Source: Squalus acanthias (lineage: Eukaryota). From it: a stretch of 64,000 bases of DNA. A program made the position numbers and the translations under genes. How positions within the stretch are numbered: the first letter of the stretch is position 1; the number at the start of each line of letters is the position of its first letter. Below are positions 1-14,425 of the stretch, one piece after another. Under the pieces are notes generated by a model. The model saw only the letters and a list, made by a program, of their open reading frames with translations, did not search any database and had not been told where the DNA came from. The DNA is taken from NCBI GenBank assembly GCA_030390025.1, contig CM059425.1, positions 166,782,001 through 166,846,000 on the forward strand, written 5' to 3'.

Positions 1-669
1 GCAGGCAAGGAAGAGACAATAATACAGGAAGAAATCTAACTTTCAAGACTGTGAGCAGTAGGTCACAGGAGATCAAATGTCAACACTATCTGATCAAACT
101 GCAGTGGAATTATTTAACCTGGAAGTGATAACTGAAGATAGCTGAAGGATATATATGCCAGTAACAACAGTATTTCTTGTGCACCTATGGATCAAATATA
201 CCGGCCTAGAAACTGGACATCGATAGAAACCTGCCGATGTCACTGCGGCCCAGGTTTACGACCAATAAAAATGGCGATAGTGCTACAGGACAAAAATTCA
301 TACTTGGGGCTCACGATTTGTAGCGCCGTGCTAACTTACCGTGTAACACCCTCCAGGTGGCGTTAGTGGAGGCCTCCGACCCGAAGTTCCCATCCAGGTG
401 CAGCGTTGCAGCTTCTTACAGCCTCTGGGAGTGAGGCTGTGGTGTTCGCAAGGAATTGTGGGCAATTAAAAGGGCTATGATTTAAAGGGGCAATGCATTC
501 AGAACTAATAAAAATCACAGTGCAGTGAAAAAATGCAACTTTCAGCCCTTACTGCCTTTCAAAAAAAATGACCATTAAAAAGAAGCCCCAAATGGGATTC
601 TTCAGCACTTAAAGCTGAATTCCCTTCCGAACCTCAAAAAATGGAAAAAGTGCTTCAGCACTAACAGAA

Positions 670-898
670 ATGGCTCAGCAAGCCAGGGAAGGGGCATCCA
701 GGGTCTCACATGCAGCACTCCAGCTTTGTGGAGGGGGTCAACACTGCAAGAAAGATCCTCCACCCACAGGGGCCAGGAGGCCCTCCAGAAAGAAGGATGT
801 GGGACTACATCACCGAGGCCATCACTGTCAGCAGTGTCACCCCCAGCACCTGACTCCACTGCCCAAAGAAGCTTCATGACCTCAGACCATTGGTCAAG
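670..898 (+). pseudogene. Harbinger Myb/SANT-like DNA-binding protein, exon 1 (degraded)
   Basis: MAQQAREGASRVSHAAL...CPKKLHDLRPLVK followed by donor AAG|GTCAGT. Homologous to 5875-6114 and 28279-28519. Confidence 0.7.
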
Positions 899-1640
899 GT
901 CAGTGAATGCATCATCAAAAGCTGTCTCCTACCAACTGCATCACTAGCCTCACACATTGCTCAATGCATGACTCCCCCCTCCACCGAATCACTCACCTAC
1001 CAACAATCTGTACCAATCACAAGGCACATCTCCCATTCCGGTGCAGGCCATTCTCGGCCGGGTCATGGCTGAGCCCTTGGCCAGTGGCAGGGCTGAAAGG
1101 ATACAAGATGATGGTATCCTCATATGTTATCCTCCTTCTGGCATGCACCTTTTGCTATCCTGCCCTCCCCGTACCACAACTCTACCCTTGTGCCTTCCTC
1201 ATTTCACACACCCAAGAAATCCAGCCTACCCCGCCAGTGGTTGGCCAAGAAGAGGGAGAGGAGAGTGAAGAAGAAGAAGAAGATTGATTTGACACGCCCA
1301 GCCACCAGCTCCTCAAGGTCGACCAGCAAGGCAATTTGCAGTGACCCCACTGAAAGTCAGCAGCCTTCCACCAGCCATGCAGTAGCCACTGGGGCAGCAC
1401 AGTGTGACATCAGTAAAATAGGCAAAGGCACACACAAGACAGTCACTAAGAGAATGCATAAGGGTGATGAGTTGATTTCTTGATGTCATATTGGATGGAT
1501 AAATGTATAAAGTTGGATTGGAAAGTTTGCTTTGTGTTGGCTTTTGTTTCAGCATCGTGGCCAAGAGGACGCTGTGATGGTCAGTAACAGAGGGAAGGTA
1601 AGGTGTGGGGCTAATGTTGAAAGGGGAGTTGGGGTTGTGG

Positions 1641-1800
1641 TCACTGGTACCGCAGGCGGATGATTCCATCCCGGATATCCCGGCCAGAAAGGGGCTGTCT
1701 GTGTTGCATCCCTCCTTCTGCTTCCTCCTCTTCTGCTTCCTCCTCCTCGGTTTCTTCCTCTTCTGTTTCTTCCTCTTCTGTGTCTTCCTCTTCCCTCTGC
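1641..1800 (-). pseudogene. Harbinger transposase C-terminal remnant
   Basis: Glu-rich tail EEEEAEEEE...RQPLSGRDIRDGIIRLRYQ*, resembling the end of the 19430-20518 transposase. Confidence 0.55.
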
Positions 1801-1801
1801 G

Positions 1802-1948
1802 AGCGGATGCTGTAAATCTGAAATGACAGCATAAAATGCTGGAAATACTCAGCCGGTCAGGCAGCATTTTGACCTGAGACGTGAACTCTGTTTCTCTCTC
1901 CATGGATGTTGTCTGACCTGCTGAGTATTTCCAGCATTTTCTATCTTT
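1802..1948. repeat. Penelope-type terminal-repeat remnant (short inverted repeat)
   Basis: AAAATGCTGGAAATACTCAGC ... GCTGAGTATTTCCAGCATTTT. Same family as 18360-18478. Confidence 0.6.
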
Positions 1949-4465
1949 TCTGTCTCCTTTACCATCCAAGGCCTTGCAAGCATCCAGCAGCACTCCCTAT
2001 ACACTTAAAAAACTTTTAACATCTATTGCAGCAAGCCACTACTTCAATAAAATCAAAAAAAAAGTCCAAAAGTTTAAATGCAAACTTACCTGAAAGATGT
2101 GTGTGTCCCTTTAAGAGGTGCTGACAGCACCTCTGTCAGTGTGCTTGCATGCTGGGTTTATCTGATGTGCTTAGGACCTAGCGCTGAACTCAGCGCTTGG
2201 GTCGAAGTTTGCCGTGATGACATTAAGTCGGCGTTGCATGCCGACTAATGTCACCACTCTGCCATTTTTTTGCAGGGCGATACTTCATAACGGCAGCGCT
2301 ACTGGGACTTTAAAAATGGAGGATGCCGCGGGACCCTCCACCAGCTGGCAGAAGAGCGGCCTCCGCCGCTTTCTTGACATTGCGCCGTGCTAATGGGTGG
2401 TGCTAAGGTAGGGAATTTCTCCCCCACTGTCTGTGATAAGATTTGGCCTTTTCTTATATGTAGTGCCAATGTATGATGTTACTGAAATGGATGGCAAAAA
2501 TATTTTCCCAGACCTTCTGTTTTTCGTGTTCTTTATCTGGAAGAATGATGGCATCTGTCATAGAACAAGCCTCAGTGTTGATGTTCTGTTGCTAGGTTGG
2601 GTAAACCTTTCTCTCTTCAGTCTCATCTTGGAACATGGAGGCTTCTGTCAGCTTTTCAATAGGTGGAGTGGATACTAGCCCCACAAATACTGCAGAAAGG
2701 TCTCCAGATATTTTTAAGGAGTGCTGAATGGCTACATACCAGAATAATGTGGAGCAAGGTTGTTGGTTATGTATTAGTTTAGCGAGCCAATGGATGAGAG
2801 AATCCATCTCTCTGTCATTGTGCCAGCCCAGCATGATGTTGTTTAGTCTCTGACAGTCTGTACCTGGGTGCTTTAAAAAGTTTGAGGCATCTCCTGTGGA
2901 GGATCTGGCGAGAGGTGACAGGTTTTTACAACACCCAGAGCTGATCAAGGACTCCTCTTCCTGTTTGATGGCTGCTGTCATTCACTCTTCCTTGCCAGTG
3001 GATTCCTTGCCCCTCGTCCTAGGTGGCTTGCTGGTTCTCTCAGAATGGTTTTAGTTTCTGCAGTAGTTGGAGTAGTGCTTAAAGAAGTCAAAGAATCATC
3101 TATAGAAACAGAAACAAAAGTACGCAAGCTATCATTTACAAACACATGTGCACTAGAACTGCTGATTGATAATTTTGGAAGAGAGTTGTTGTTCAACTGT
3201 GAACTATTCTTTGAAGGATTTCCTCCTTGTCAATCCGAGACTTTAGAAGCTGACATTAGCATACTGCAATTTATGCAATTGCTGTCCAAGTATTTTACAG
3301 TGCTGTAAGGTTGATGGAAAGTCTAATTGAAACTTGAAAGACATTTGGAACATGCTTCCTCCTCTGGAATGATTTTGAAGATTTTGTAATCTTATGTGAT
3401 GCCCAAGTTAGATTTTCCTTTGGTAACAGATTGCCTCATCAATGCGGTTTCAGGTTTTGGGCACTGAAATCTGTTTTTTTTTGTTTGCTCCTATTAATCT
3501 AATAATCTTGTGTCATATTTGAAGAAGCTTGGTAACTTTATTAAAGTTGTTTTATCATCATGGCCCATGCATATGAATTTACTTTGGGCTTTGATGACAC
3601 CCTAAGTGTTCCAAAAATACAACTTGACATTTGCAAAACAATTCTGTGAGCCTAAACAATTCTGACTTGAAGAAACAGGGCCAATGTAGTTTCCTTTTGG
3701 ATTCCATTTTGCTTATTCGCTAACAACAACAAAAAATGTCACTATAATTTGCATTTGCAAGCATTTGTTAGTAGATTTTATCATATATACTAGGTTTAAA
3801 TAATGACATCTAACATTTGATTTGCAGTTTTAATTTATCACTGGTGGTGAATTAAGATGCTGATTCATTGGAAATATAGCCTTCAAAATTGTGTGGAAAG
3901 CATAGGGATTTACTGCCAAGCTGCTACATAAAATGGCTTAACACCCTCAAATTGGATTTTCACCATTACCTTTAAGTTTGGAATTCATAAAGAATTACCA
4001 TTGAAATAACAATAATGCACCAGTTTTTGCTGAAGCGGGGCATCTTACAATGTGCCCTGTCAGTTAGACATGTTTAGGTTTTAGAAATCTTCCCACAAAG
4101 TTGCTGGAAGTGCGAGCTGAGAATGGTGCAGCCAAGGCAACAAGGTATCTGGGACCTTGGTGAACAACGGGAGAAACAGTGTATCACCTTAACCAATGAG
4201 ATTAAAGGATTGAGAAATAAACAGAGGAAGGACTGAGAAGTAAGGTGAATTAGAGTGGGTGAATTCAATGTCAAATCAGATACAGAAAGAGAAATAACGA
4301 GAGGGAAAAAAAGATTGGATTAAAAGAGAGTAGAAAAAAAGATACAGAAAGGAAAAATAAGAGTTATTTTAAATTTTTAATTTTAAATTTGTTTAAGTCT
4401 CCAACAAAAATTAAAACCTGAAGGAATGAGAATCCACACTTTTAATTGTCCACTTTCTGGGCAAA

Positions 4466-4928
4466 GGAAGAAAGAAAGACTTGCATTTATATAGCATGTT
4501 TCACAATCACAGGACGTGCCAAAGCACTTTACAGCCAATTAAGTACTTTTGAAGTGTAGTCACTGTTGTTAAGTAGGAAACGCAGCAACCAATTTGCACA
4601 CAACAAGCTCCCACAAACAGCAATGTGATAATGACCAGATAATCTGTTTTAGCAATGTTGATTGCAGGAAAAATATTGGCCAAGACACCGGGGCTAGCTC
4701 CCCTGCTATTCGTCGAAATAGTGCCATGGGATCTTTTACATCCACCTGAGAGAGCAGACGAGGCCTCTGGTTTAACGTCTCATGTGAAAGACGGCACCTC
4801 CGACAGTGCGGCACTCCCTCAGCACTGCATTGGCGTGTCAAACTAGACTTTTGTGCTCAAGTCTCTGGAGCAGGACTTGAACCTTCTGACTCAGGCGAGA
4901 GCGTTACCAACTGAGCCATGGCCGACAC
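4466..4928 (-). mobile_element. DeuSINE (SacSINE1-like) tRNA-derived SINE
   Basis: Minus strand reads TGGCTCAGTTGGTAAC (A box), GGTTCAAGTCC (B box), a central Deu-like domain, an L2-like 3' end and a (TTTC)n tail. Confidence 0.8.
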
Positions 4929-6161
4929 TTCAGTGAGGTTGATTGGCAGTTATTGACAATTATCACATCATTAAAAGGGCATTTACACTGTTAATTACTA
5001 GGTTTAACTTTCTGTGGGGAGGTTTATGGGCATGTAATGTGTAAATGCAGCAACTTTGTGAAATCACGGGGAGGTAAAGTGCGAGATGCCATTTTTGCAA
5101 AGCGGCACAAATCAGCCAGCAACTTGTGGTGATTCACAATTCCTGGGGTATCACTTCCTTGCCACAAGTTGCTGGCCAATTTGCACATTAATAACGGTGT
5201 GCGTCGTTCACAGGATGTTATTTTTCAGGAAAAACTGGCCCATTAATGTTTCAATTGCAAAAGGCAAACTAGAAATCATTAACACAGAATTGTAGGCTGT
5301 ACTTGATGGGTCAAAAAGACTAGTTTTGATTTTCTTGCTTTCATATTAGTAAGTCACAGTAAATTGAGCAGTTCACCAATCAATTTGCTCTCACTTCATC
5401 AACACCATCAATTAAAATATTGTTAAATTGTGCCAAAGACAAAAAAAGTGCATTCTGATATTTCTTGTACTTTTTGTAAGCTTTAGTTTTTTAAATTCAT
5501 TAGATTTCATTACTGAGTTAATTTCAGGTCAGTTCCATAGCTGCCCTCCACAATCTATTTGTTATCATTGATAAGGAATATTGGGGGTGAAATTGGATAA
5601 AGCTTAAAAACGGGCACGGGCAGCGTGAAGCATGATCTGCCCACATCCGTTCAAAGTGGTCAGGCAGCACGCAAAATTCATGCTGCCTGCTCATTTACAT
5701 GATTGGAGCGCTGATCTCAGCGCTAAACACTCTGCTGGTTGGCTTAGCGAACAACACGGGGGGCAATATCGGGTGCAGTCTACTGGCCAATAAAGTTTGG
5801 CCTAGGCTCCCTGCACTACTTAAAGGTGAGGTGTTTTGTTGCAGAAGCACCTCATTGTTACTTTGGATGAAGCCATGGCCCAGCAGGGAAGAGAGAGGGC
5901 AAGGAGGGTTTCTGATGTGGGACTGGAGACCTTGGTCCTGGGGGTGCACAGAAGATGACAGGTCCTCTACCTGCAGGGGCACAGGAGGCCTTCCAGGCGG
6001 CATGCCAGAATGCAGTGGGAGGAGATAGCACAAGCCGTCAATGCCTTGTGTGTTGCCCCCAGGACCTGGATCCAGTGCCGCAAGAAGTTTAATGATCTCA
6101 CACGGGTGGTCAAGGTGAGTGAATGCATCTGCAAATGCCATATCCCACCAATTGCACCACT

Positions 6162-9100
6162 ACAACAACAACAACAACTTGTATTTATATAGCGCCTTTA
6201 ATGTAGTAAAACGACCCAAGACGCTGCACAGGAGTATTTTAAGACAACAAATTTGACACCGATCCACATCAGGATAAATTAGGGCAGGTGACCAAAAGCT
6301 TGGTCAAAGAGGTAGGTTTTAAGGAGCGTCTTAAAGGAGGAAAGAGAGGTAGCGAGGTGGAGAGGTTTAGGCAGGGAATTCCAGAGCTTAGGGCCTAGGC
6401 AACAGAAGGCAAGGCCCCCAAAGGTTGAGCGATTATAATCAGGGATGCTCAAGAGGGCGGAATTAGAGGAGTGCAGATATCTCGGGGTGGGGGGGCTGAA
6501 GGAGATTACAGAGATAGGGAGGGGCGAGGCCATGGAGGGATTTGAAAACAAGGATGAGAATTTTGAAATCGAGGCGCTGCTTAACCGGGAGCCAATGTAG
6601 GTCAGCGAGCACAGGGGTGATAGGCGAATGGGACTTGGTGCGAGTTAGGACACAGGCAGCCAAGTTTTGGATGACCTCAAATTTATGTAGGGTGGAATGT
6701 GGGAGGTCAGCCAGGAATGCATTGGAATAGTCAAGTCTAGAGGTAACAAAGGCATGGATGAGGGTTTTAGCAGCAGATGAGCTGAGGCAAGGGCGGAGAC
6801 GGGCGATGTTACGGAGGTGGAAGTAGGCGGTCTTAGTTATACCGCGGATATGTGGTTGGAAGCTCATTTCAGGTTCAAATATGACACCAAGGTTGCGAAC
6901 AGTGTGGTTCAGCCTCAGACAGATGTTAGGGAGAGGGATGGAGTCAGTGGCTAGGGAACGGAGTTTGTGGCAGGGACCGAAACCAATGGCGTCGGTCTTC
7001 CCAATATTTAATTGGAGAAAATTTTTGCTCATCCAGAACTGTATGTCGGACAAGCAGTCTGACAATTTAGAGACCGTGGAGGGGTCGAGTGAGGAGGTAG
7101 TGAGGTAGAGCTGGGTGTCGTCAGCATACATGTGGAGACTGACGCTGTGTTTTCGGATGATGTCGCCAAGGGGCAACATGTAGATGAGAAATAGGAGGGG
7201 GCCAAGGATAGATCCTTGGGGGACACCAGAGGTAACGATGCGGGAGCTGGAAGAGAAACCGTTGCAGGTGATTTTCTGGTTACGATTAGATAGATAAGAA
7301 TGGAACCAGGCGAGTGCAGTCCCACCCAGCTGGATGACAATGAAGAGGCGTTGGAGAAGGATGGAATGGTCAACCGTGTCAAAGGCTGCAGACAAGTCAA
7401 GAAGGATGAGGAGGGATAGTTTTCCTCTGTCACAGTCACATAGGATGTCATTTGTGACTTTGATGAGAGCCGTTTTGGTACTGTGGTAGGGGCGGAATCC
7501 TGATTGGAGGTATTCAAACATGGAATTGCGGGAAAAATGGGCACGGATTTGGGAGGCGACAACACGTTCAAGGACTTTGGAGAGGAAAGGGAGGTTGGAG
7601 ATGGGGCGGTAGTTTGTAAGGACGGAGGGGTCAAGGTTTGATTTTTTGAGGAAAGGGGTGATGATGGCAGATTTGAGGGAGAGGGGGACAGTACCTGAGA
7701 AGAGAGAGAACTGTTAACAATATCAGCTAACATGGGAGCCAGAAAAGGAAGTTGGGTGGTCAGCAGTTTGGTGAGAATAGGGTCGAGGGAGCAGGAGGTG
7801 GGTCTCATAGACAAGATGAGCGCAGATAGGTCATGAGGGGAGATCGGAGAGAAACTGGAGAAAGATGCGAGTTCAGGGCTAGGGCAGGGGGGAGCCTTAG
7901 AGGAAGTTTGGCCCAGTGGGCTAGGGGAAGGAAGGGAAGTGGCAGAGGCAGCTGAACGGATGGTCTCAATCTTAGAGACAAAGAAGTCCATGAGCTCCTC
8001 ACACTTGTTATCGGAGGTGAAGGTGGAGGAGACAGGGAAGAGGGGTTTAAGAAGTTGGTTAGCAGTAGAGAATAGGAGCCGGGGTTTATCTTTGCATTCC
8101 AGAATGGTTCTGGAATAGTGAGCAATTTTGGCAGACTAGAGCAGGGCCCAATAACGCTTTATGTGGTCCAGCCAGATCTGGCGGTGAATGGCTAAACCAG
8201 TTGTCCGCCATTACCATTCGAGTCTGCGTCCCTTGGACTTAAGGGAGTGAAGATGAGAGCCATATCAGGGGGAACGGCCAGGGTGAGAGAGGGTAATTGT
8301 TTTAGTAGGGACTAGGGCATCAAAGGTGGTGGTGAGGGTGTGTTTGAGCAGATCGGCAGCTGCAGAAATGTCATGGTGAATGGAGGGCCAGAGGCTGGAC
8401 AGTTGAGATTTCATAAGTGCAGTTGTAAGAGAGTTGGGAGAGTTTTTTCCAGGGGCGGACACAGAAGGAAGTAGGTTTGCGGGGTGTCGGTGGAAGGGGG
8501 ATGTGGGTGGAGAGCGATACGAGGAAGTGGTCAGAGATGGCCTTATATGCAATTGACATGATGGGAGTAGCGAGGCCACGAGAGTAGGCAAGGTCGAGGG
8601 GGTGGCCATGAATATGGGTTGGGGAGTTTACATGGAGGGAGAGATTAAGGGAGGATAGGAGGCTAGTGAACTCAGAGGAGAGAGAGCATGATGAATTGAG
8701 ATGGAGGTTGAAATCACCGAGGATGAGAAGTCATTCGGTGCAGCGGCTGAGGGAGGAGAACAGTGAAGATATCTCAGTAATAAAGTTTTTATGGTACTTT
8801 GGTGGGCAGTAGAGAATAAGAATTTTAAATGAGAGGTGAATGGGGTGGAATAAGGTGAGATGCTCAAAGGAGGTGAAAGTGCCGGAGGAGTAGGGGACAG
8901 ACCAAGGTGTGATTTGGTGATGAGAGCCACACCGCCACCACGGCGGTCTGAGTGGGGCAAGTGGTGGAAGGTTATTGCCAAGCGGGGAGGCTTCATTTAA
9001 GGGTAAGGTGTCATCACCCCTCAACCAAGTTTCCGTCAGGGCCATGATATCGATGCAGTCATCCACGATAAACTCATGGATGGCAAGGGCCTTGTTCGCA

Positions 9101-10635
9101 AGTGAACGGACATTCTGGAGGGAGATGCGGAGAGGGTCGGTGATGGCTGCCCCACTGCCAGCATCTGCAGGGTCAGCGCTGGGGGGGATGAGTTGGATGG
9201 GGAGGAGATTGGCAAGATTTGTCCCCAGTGGGCGTGCTGGGCGGGAAGGTCAGCGAGAGAGCAGGGTGGGACAGTTGGTGTTGCTGCTCGTAAGGCGGCA
9301 GCGACGAGTGCCTCGATGGGCCCTTCGTAGGATGCCAAGAGAGGCACAGAGGGAAGCTGTGGGCTTTTCTAAGAGGGAGTCAAGCCTGGGACGGCGGCAG
9401 GAGAGTAGGAAGGTCAAAGAGTAATGAAGGATTGGGATAGGGATTTGGGAGGGCAGTGTATCCGAGAGAGGAGAGATGAAAGGAGGCATGATGACAGGAG
9501 AGAGCGGTCAGGGAGGGATAGAGAGAAAAGGAAAATAGGGAGAAAAAGTGGAATGGCTCAGGTCCGGAGCAGCAGCCAAATGCACACGCGAATGGACACG
9601 GGAAAAGCTCAGGTTACATAGGCCTATTTAAATGTAATAATTAATGGAATACATATTTCCTGGTAGCAGGGAATAGGTTGGGGACAATAGTAGGAAGACC
9701 AGGGTCAAAGTCAGAGGTCCCATGGAAGGACAAAGCTGACGTAAGCAAGATGGGGCCGGTACGGAGCATCGACGAACCACTGTCCAAGGCAGGCGAGTGA
9801 AGTCCAGAAGCTATTTGAAGGGTAGAGAGTTCGAGGATGGAGGTTGTTGCTGTAGGAATGAGAGTCGGTCGCAGTGCAGAAAGATGAAGGCTAAATTGAT
9901 GCAAGTTGGAGGTCACCGTAGATCAAAGCGGTGGAGAAAAAGTAAAACCACAAGCCAGCAACCAGCAAAGCTGAAAACCAATAGAACGAGTCACCGGACA
10001 CCAGGTGGAGCAGCAGCTGCTACCTAGAAGTCAGCAGAGCTGAAAAACCAGTAGAACCAGTTCAGCAGAGACACAGCCGGAAGTTTAAAGGTAAAAGTCT
10101 TTTTACCTTTTCAGAGATAGAGACAAAGCAGGTAAGTCTTACAGTGTAATCCAGTGCAGAAATGTAGTGTAATCCAATGTCGTTCAAAGCAGAAACGTAG
10201 TGTAGATGTCCAGAGAAGTCCAGGAGATCGGAAATCAATTTGACAAAAGAATTCCACAACTTAAGACTTGAAGTGACTGAAAAACAGAGCAGCGCCACAG
10301 CCGCTGAGTCAAACCATGTAGTCAATGAAGTCCTGTCCGTGAGGAATCCAGTGATAGAGGTCAAGTTTCAGCAGAGTCCCAGCAGTTGAAAGCGCTCAGT
10401 GAGAACAAAAGACGCCGGGGGATGGGCAGTGGATTCTGCAGGGGGAGCTTTAAACTTGTAGTTTGAACTTGTAGTTTGGGCTGAAATGCCTTCACTATCA
10501 GAGGCAGGGTATCTTAAGCAATGATAGAGAGGAGATTGGGGGAAGAAAGGGCAAAGAATGGCAATGGATGACCACGGATACAGTTGAAGAGTACAACAGC
10601 TCAGAAAGGGGCTGCCAGCCCAGCAGTCAACTTGT
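6162..10635 (-). mobile_element. L2-clade LINE, near full length, inserted in Harbinger intron 1
   Basis: (TTG)n tail at 6162-6180. Harbinger intron sequence resumes at about 10636. Confidence 0.8.
6279..9347 (-). pseudogene. L2 ORF2 (APE endonuclease plus reverse transcriptase), frameshifted
   Basis: IDIMALTETWL (APE); QSGFRPYHST, LLDLSAAFDTVDH, GVPQGSILGP, MYADDTQLY (RT); LHWLPVKQR and KLWNSLP (L2 C-terminus). Confidence 0.92.
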
Positions 10636-11607
10636 CCCACAAGCCTCACACACTGCTCAATACACCATACTCCTATCACTCACCTACTAACAATCTCTAC
10701 CTATCACCACTCATACCTCACAATCATAGCTTCACCTCACCCTCACACACTTACCACTGCCACAAGACTCACACCCACATCTCACACTATGCACACACTG
10801 CCAGCTATTCAACCATGACAGGCACATCACCCAAACACATTGTACCACATGCACTGACACACTTCCCTTTCTCTTGCAGGCACAGGTGGCACACAACCGC
10901 CGTGAGCAGCAGCAGATGGGTGGAGGGGAAGCCTAACTTCACAACCTGATGGGGCTGGAGGAAGCAGTGCTGAAGGTAATTGGTGGGGCCATCGCTGAGG
11001 ACGTGGTGGGCAATGAGGTTGTAAGCATGGCTGATGATGATGGTATGCTCACACCTAATCCTTATTCTCACATACCACTTCCCCTCATGGCACAATCTCT
11101 TCTCACTTACAAGCTGCTGATGGTGTAAGCAAACACATCTTGCTTTCCTCCCTCCCCTCACTGCAACCCAACCCTTGTGCCTTTCTCCTTTCAGATACCG
11201 AAAAACTGCCAGCAGCCCAGCCTGTCCCCAACGTTGTGGAGGACAGGCTGAGTGAACGGACCTGCGGGAGGAACAGAGTCGGAGACTGGGGATAAAGGCA
11301 GCGCAGAGCAGAGGCCTGGGAGTCTGAGCGAGCGGACTACCTGCGAGGGAAACAGTCGGCAAACGACACAATGAAGGAGTGATGTCAGAATTCAAAGGTG
11401 TCTCTAGCACAAGGGAGCTGAGAGGTGAGTATAGGGTGAGTATTTGTGCTAAGTTTTTTTTGTTCTGTTTTGAGTATATTTCTGCTAAGTAGTTCATAGC
11501 CTATCTAATAGAGGGAAGTGTTAATTGGTGGGTAGCTGTTGAGTGTTTCTTGTTAAGTTTTATGTTTATTTCTGCTAAATTACCTCCATAGTCTGGTCAA
11601 TAGAGCA

Positions 11608-12526
11608 ATGGCAGGGCAGCTCAGTCCCGTGATTTGCACATCCTGTGCCATGTGGGAAATCCTGGAAGCTTCTTGTGGCCTGGACGACCTCCTGTGCGGG
11701 AAGTATCGCCAACTGCAGCAACTCGAGCTCCAGGTTTTGGAGCTTGAGCGGCAGCTGGAGTCACTACAGTGCATCCGCGAGACTGAGAAATACTTGGAAA
11801 GAACGTTTCTAGAAGTGGTCACCCCGCAGCCTCAGAATGTGCAGGCAGAGAGGAAATGGGTGACCACCAGGAAGAGAAGGAGGACCAGGCAGGTAGGGCA
11901 GGAATCCCCAGAGTGCATCTCGCTCGCTAACTGGTTCACAGTTCTGGAAAATGGTGGGGGTGATGGCTCCTCTGGGGAGAGCAGTCAGAGCCAAGGCCAC
12001 GGCACCACGAGTGGCTCAGCTGCACAGGGGGGGAGGAAGAAGAGTGGAAGAGAAATAGTGATAGGGGATTAATTAGTATGGGGAACAGATAGGCGTTTCT
12101 GTGGACGCAGACGTGACTCCAGGATGGTATGTTGCCTCCCTGGTGCCAGGGTCAAGGATGTCACTGAACGGCTGCAGGACACTCTGAGGGGGGAGGGTGA
12201 ACGACATAGGCAGAAAGAGGGATGAGGTCCTGCAGGCAGACTATAGGGAGCTAGGAAAGAGATTAAAAAGCAGGACCTCAAAGGTAGTAATCTCCAGATT
12301 ACTCCCGGTGCCACGTGTGAGTGAATACAGGAATAGGAGGATAGAACAGATGAATGCGTGGCTGGAGAGATGGTGCAAGAGGGAGGGCTTTAGATTCCTG
12401 TAGCATTGGAACCATTTCTGGGGAAGGTGGGACCTGTACAAGCCGGACGGGTTACACCTCAACAGAGCCGTGACTAATATTCTCACGGGGAGGTTTGCTG
12501 GTGCTGTTGGGGAGGGTTTAAACTAG
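11608..12526 (+). pseudogene. CR1 ORF1 (zinc finger/leucine zipper plus SGNH esterase), disrupted
   Basis: CTSCAMWE...LQQLELQVLELERQLESL; IVIGD* (GDS motif lost); CLPGARVKDV; DGLHL. Confidence 0.85.
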
Positions 12527-14425
12527 CTTGGCAGGGGGATGGGCACCAGCATATAGGAGTAGAAAAGAGGAATAAGGTGCATAAAAGAGTGAGTGTGTTG
12601 GATAGTACTAGAGAAGAAAGTAGTACTAGAGGCGGAAGTAGTACCATATTAGAAAGGAGCAGACTAAGAAAGACTACGAAAAATTCAAAAATGGATTTAG
12701 AATGTATGTACGTAAATGCACAAAGTGTGGTGAATAAGGTTGGTGAGCTACAAGCACAATTAGCCGTGTGGCAATATAATGTTGTGGCAATAAAGGAAAC
12801 GTGGCTTAAAAACGGTGAGGACTGGGCACTTAATATTCAAGGATACAAGGTGTTCAGAAAAGATAGGGAAGGAAAAAAGGGAGGTGGGGTGGCAGTGCTG
12901 ATTAAGGAAGACATTGTAGTGTTGGAAAGGGAGGATGTTCTTGAGAAGAACAAGGACAGAATCCATTTGTTTAGAGTTGAAGAGCAAAAAGAGTCTCAAA
13001 GGCAGGTGGGCGGTCTCTGCAGAAACATCTGCAGTTTCATGACGTTTCATATTTTCTGTTTTCATTTTAGAGTAAATTTGTTAGCAACGCCAGAGAACGT
13101 GCATTGACAGGCAGTGGTGTTATCACGCTAAGGGATTTATCGGAGCAAGAGGAAAGGGTCGAGCACTTGCTTGGAATCAGTAGTTGCTGTTCAGTGCCTG
13201 TTGCCCAATCAGACATTGGGGTAAGGAAAGGTGAGTTGGTCTGGCCAGCTATATGTTTAAAACTGCTAGGTGTGTGTTGAATATCAGCTTCTGTGATGTG
13301 GCAGATCGTGCTTCACCTTTGTAAATGTTTACTGTTTCCTTCTCACACACGGGATGAATGGTGCATTGAGTCTGCGGCTGCAGAGGGCATTGGGGAAGGG
13401 GTTGCAGATGCAGTGGGAGCAGTAAGTGAGGTGGAGGAGGAGGAGGAATTTGCGCTGTGTCAGCTAGTGGAAGGGGAGGGTATGAACCCTGGGTGGCTGC
13501 ACAGCACCTCTCCATCTCCTGGCCCCTCTGGCTCTGTGCCAGGCACAGATGACTGTCGTTTCACAGCCAGACACCAACCTGATACTGCAGAGCAGATAGG
13601 AAAAGCAGCAAGATGTTCAATGCTCAGGTGCAACAGATTGAAGGGTTGAGGCAAGAGTCGTGTACTCTTCATGGGAAGAAAGTTGACTCTCTTGCCTCTA
13701 TCAGGCAGTGAATTGATGTTGTTGGTAAAGATGTTACTATGGCTCTTAATCAGATTAACGAGTCTCTCGTTCAACTCTTGCAGTTGCTTAAAACAGTTTC
13801 TGCTGCCATTACTTTGACTCCTGCAGAACTGCCCTTACCTGCTCCCAGCGCAGACACAGTGCAGGCCCATGAGACAGCAGCTCCGCCAATTCTGATGCAA
13901 GCAAACATTGCCTTTCAGCAGCAGCAGCAGCAGCAGCAGCAACCCTGTCATGAGGCAATTGCTGAAGGGCAAGAGATGACACACAGGGGCCTTTCACTTG
14001 GCAGCAGAGGGCTCCGGTCACGGGGAGGGGGAAAGCGCAGGAGACAGTAGGGTGTCACCTTTTGCACAATCCACCTCCTTTGACCCTCAGGCACAGATGC
14101 AAGGGGGCAAATCGTTCAATTCTTTAATGTTTCATTTTATTTAAATGTTAAATGTTGTCGTTGCTTTTTTTATTGAAATATATATTTGTGACTGAAAGTG
14201 TATGTAACCGTTTCGTTGAAAAAATACAGCCTCTAGTCACTTTGAAAAAAATTTCAACTTTTTTATTTGCAAAGAAATTCAACATTACAACTGTTTGAAA
14301 ATTAGAAAATAGTTAGTTTCCATCATGAATGTCTTTATTGCACTAAGAAACCAAAAAAGTCACTTTAAACTGTTTACAAATTTTATTCAAAAAAATTATC
14401 TTTGCGAATGTTTGCAAAGTAGAAA

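Larger units (their letters stand above)
203..2425. mobile_element. Internally deleted Harbinger/PIF DNA transposon
   Basis: Termini GGCCTAGAAACT and revcomp GGGGGAGAAATT, flanks ACC/ACT. Contains a Myb/SANT-like exon on + and the acidic transposase C-terminus on -, the same layout as the copies at 5583 and 24950. Confidence 0.7.

Noticed and set aside
1313..1993. 226-aa Lys/Arg-rich ORF
   Set aside because: An off-frame reading of the Glu-rich transposase tail plus a Penelope remnant.
4860..4928. tRNA gene (A and B boxes)
   Set aside because: It is the head of a SINE, continuous with the SINE body, with no full cloverleaf.
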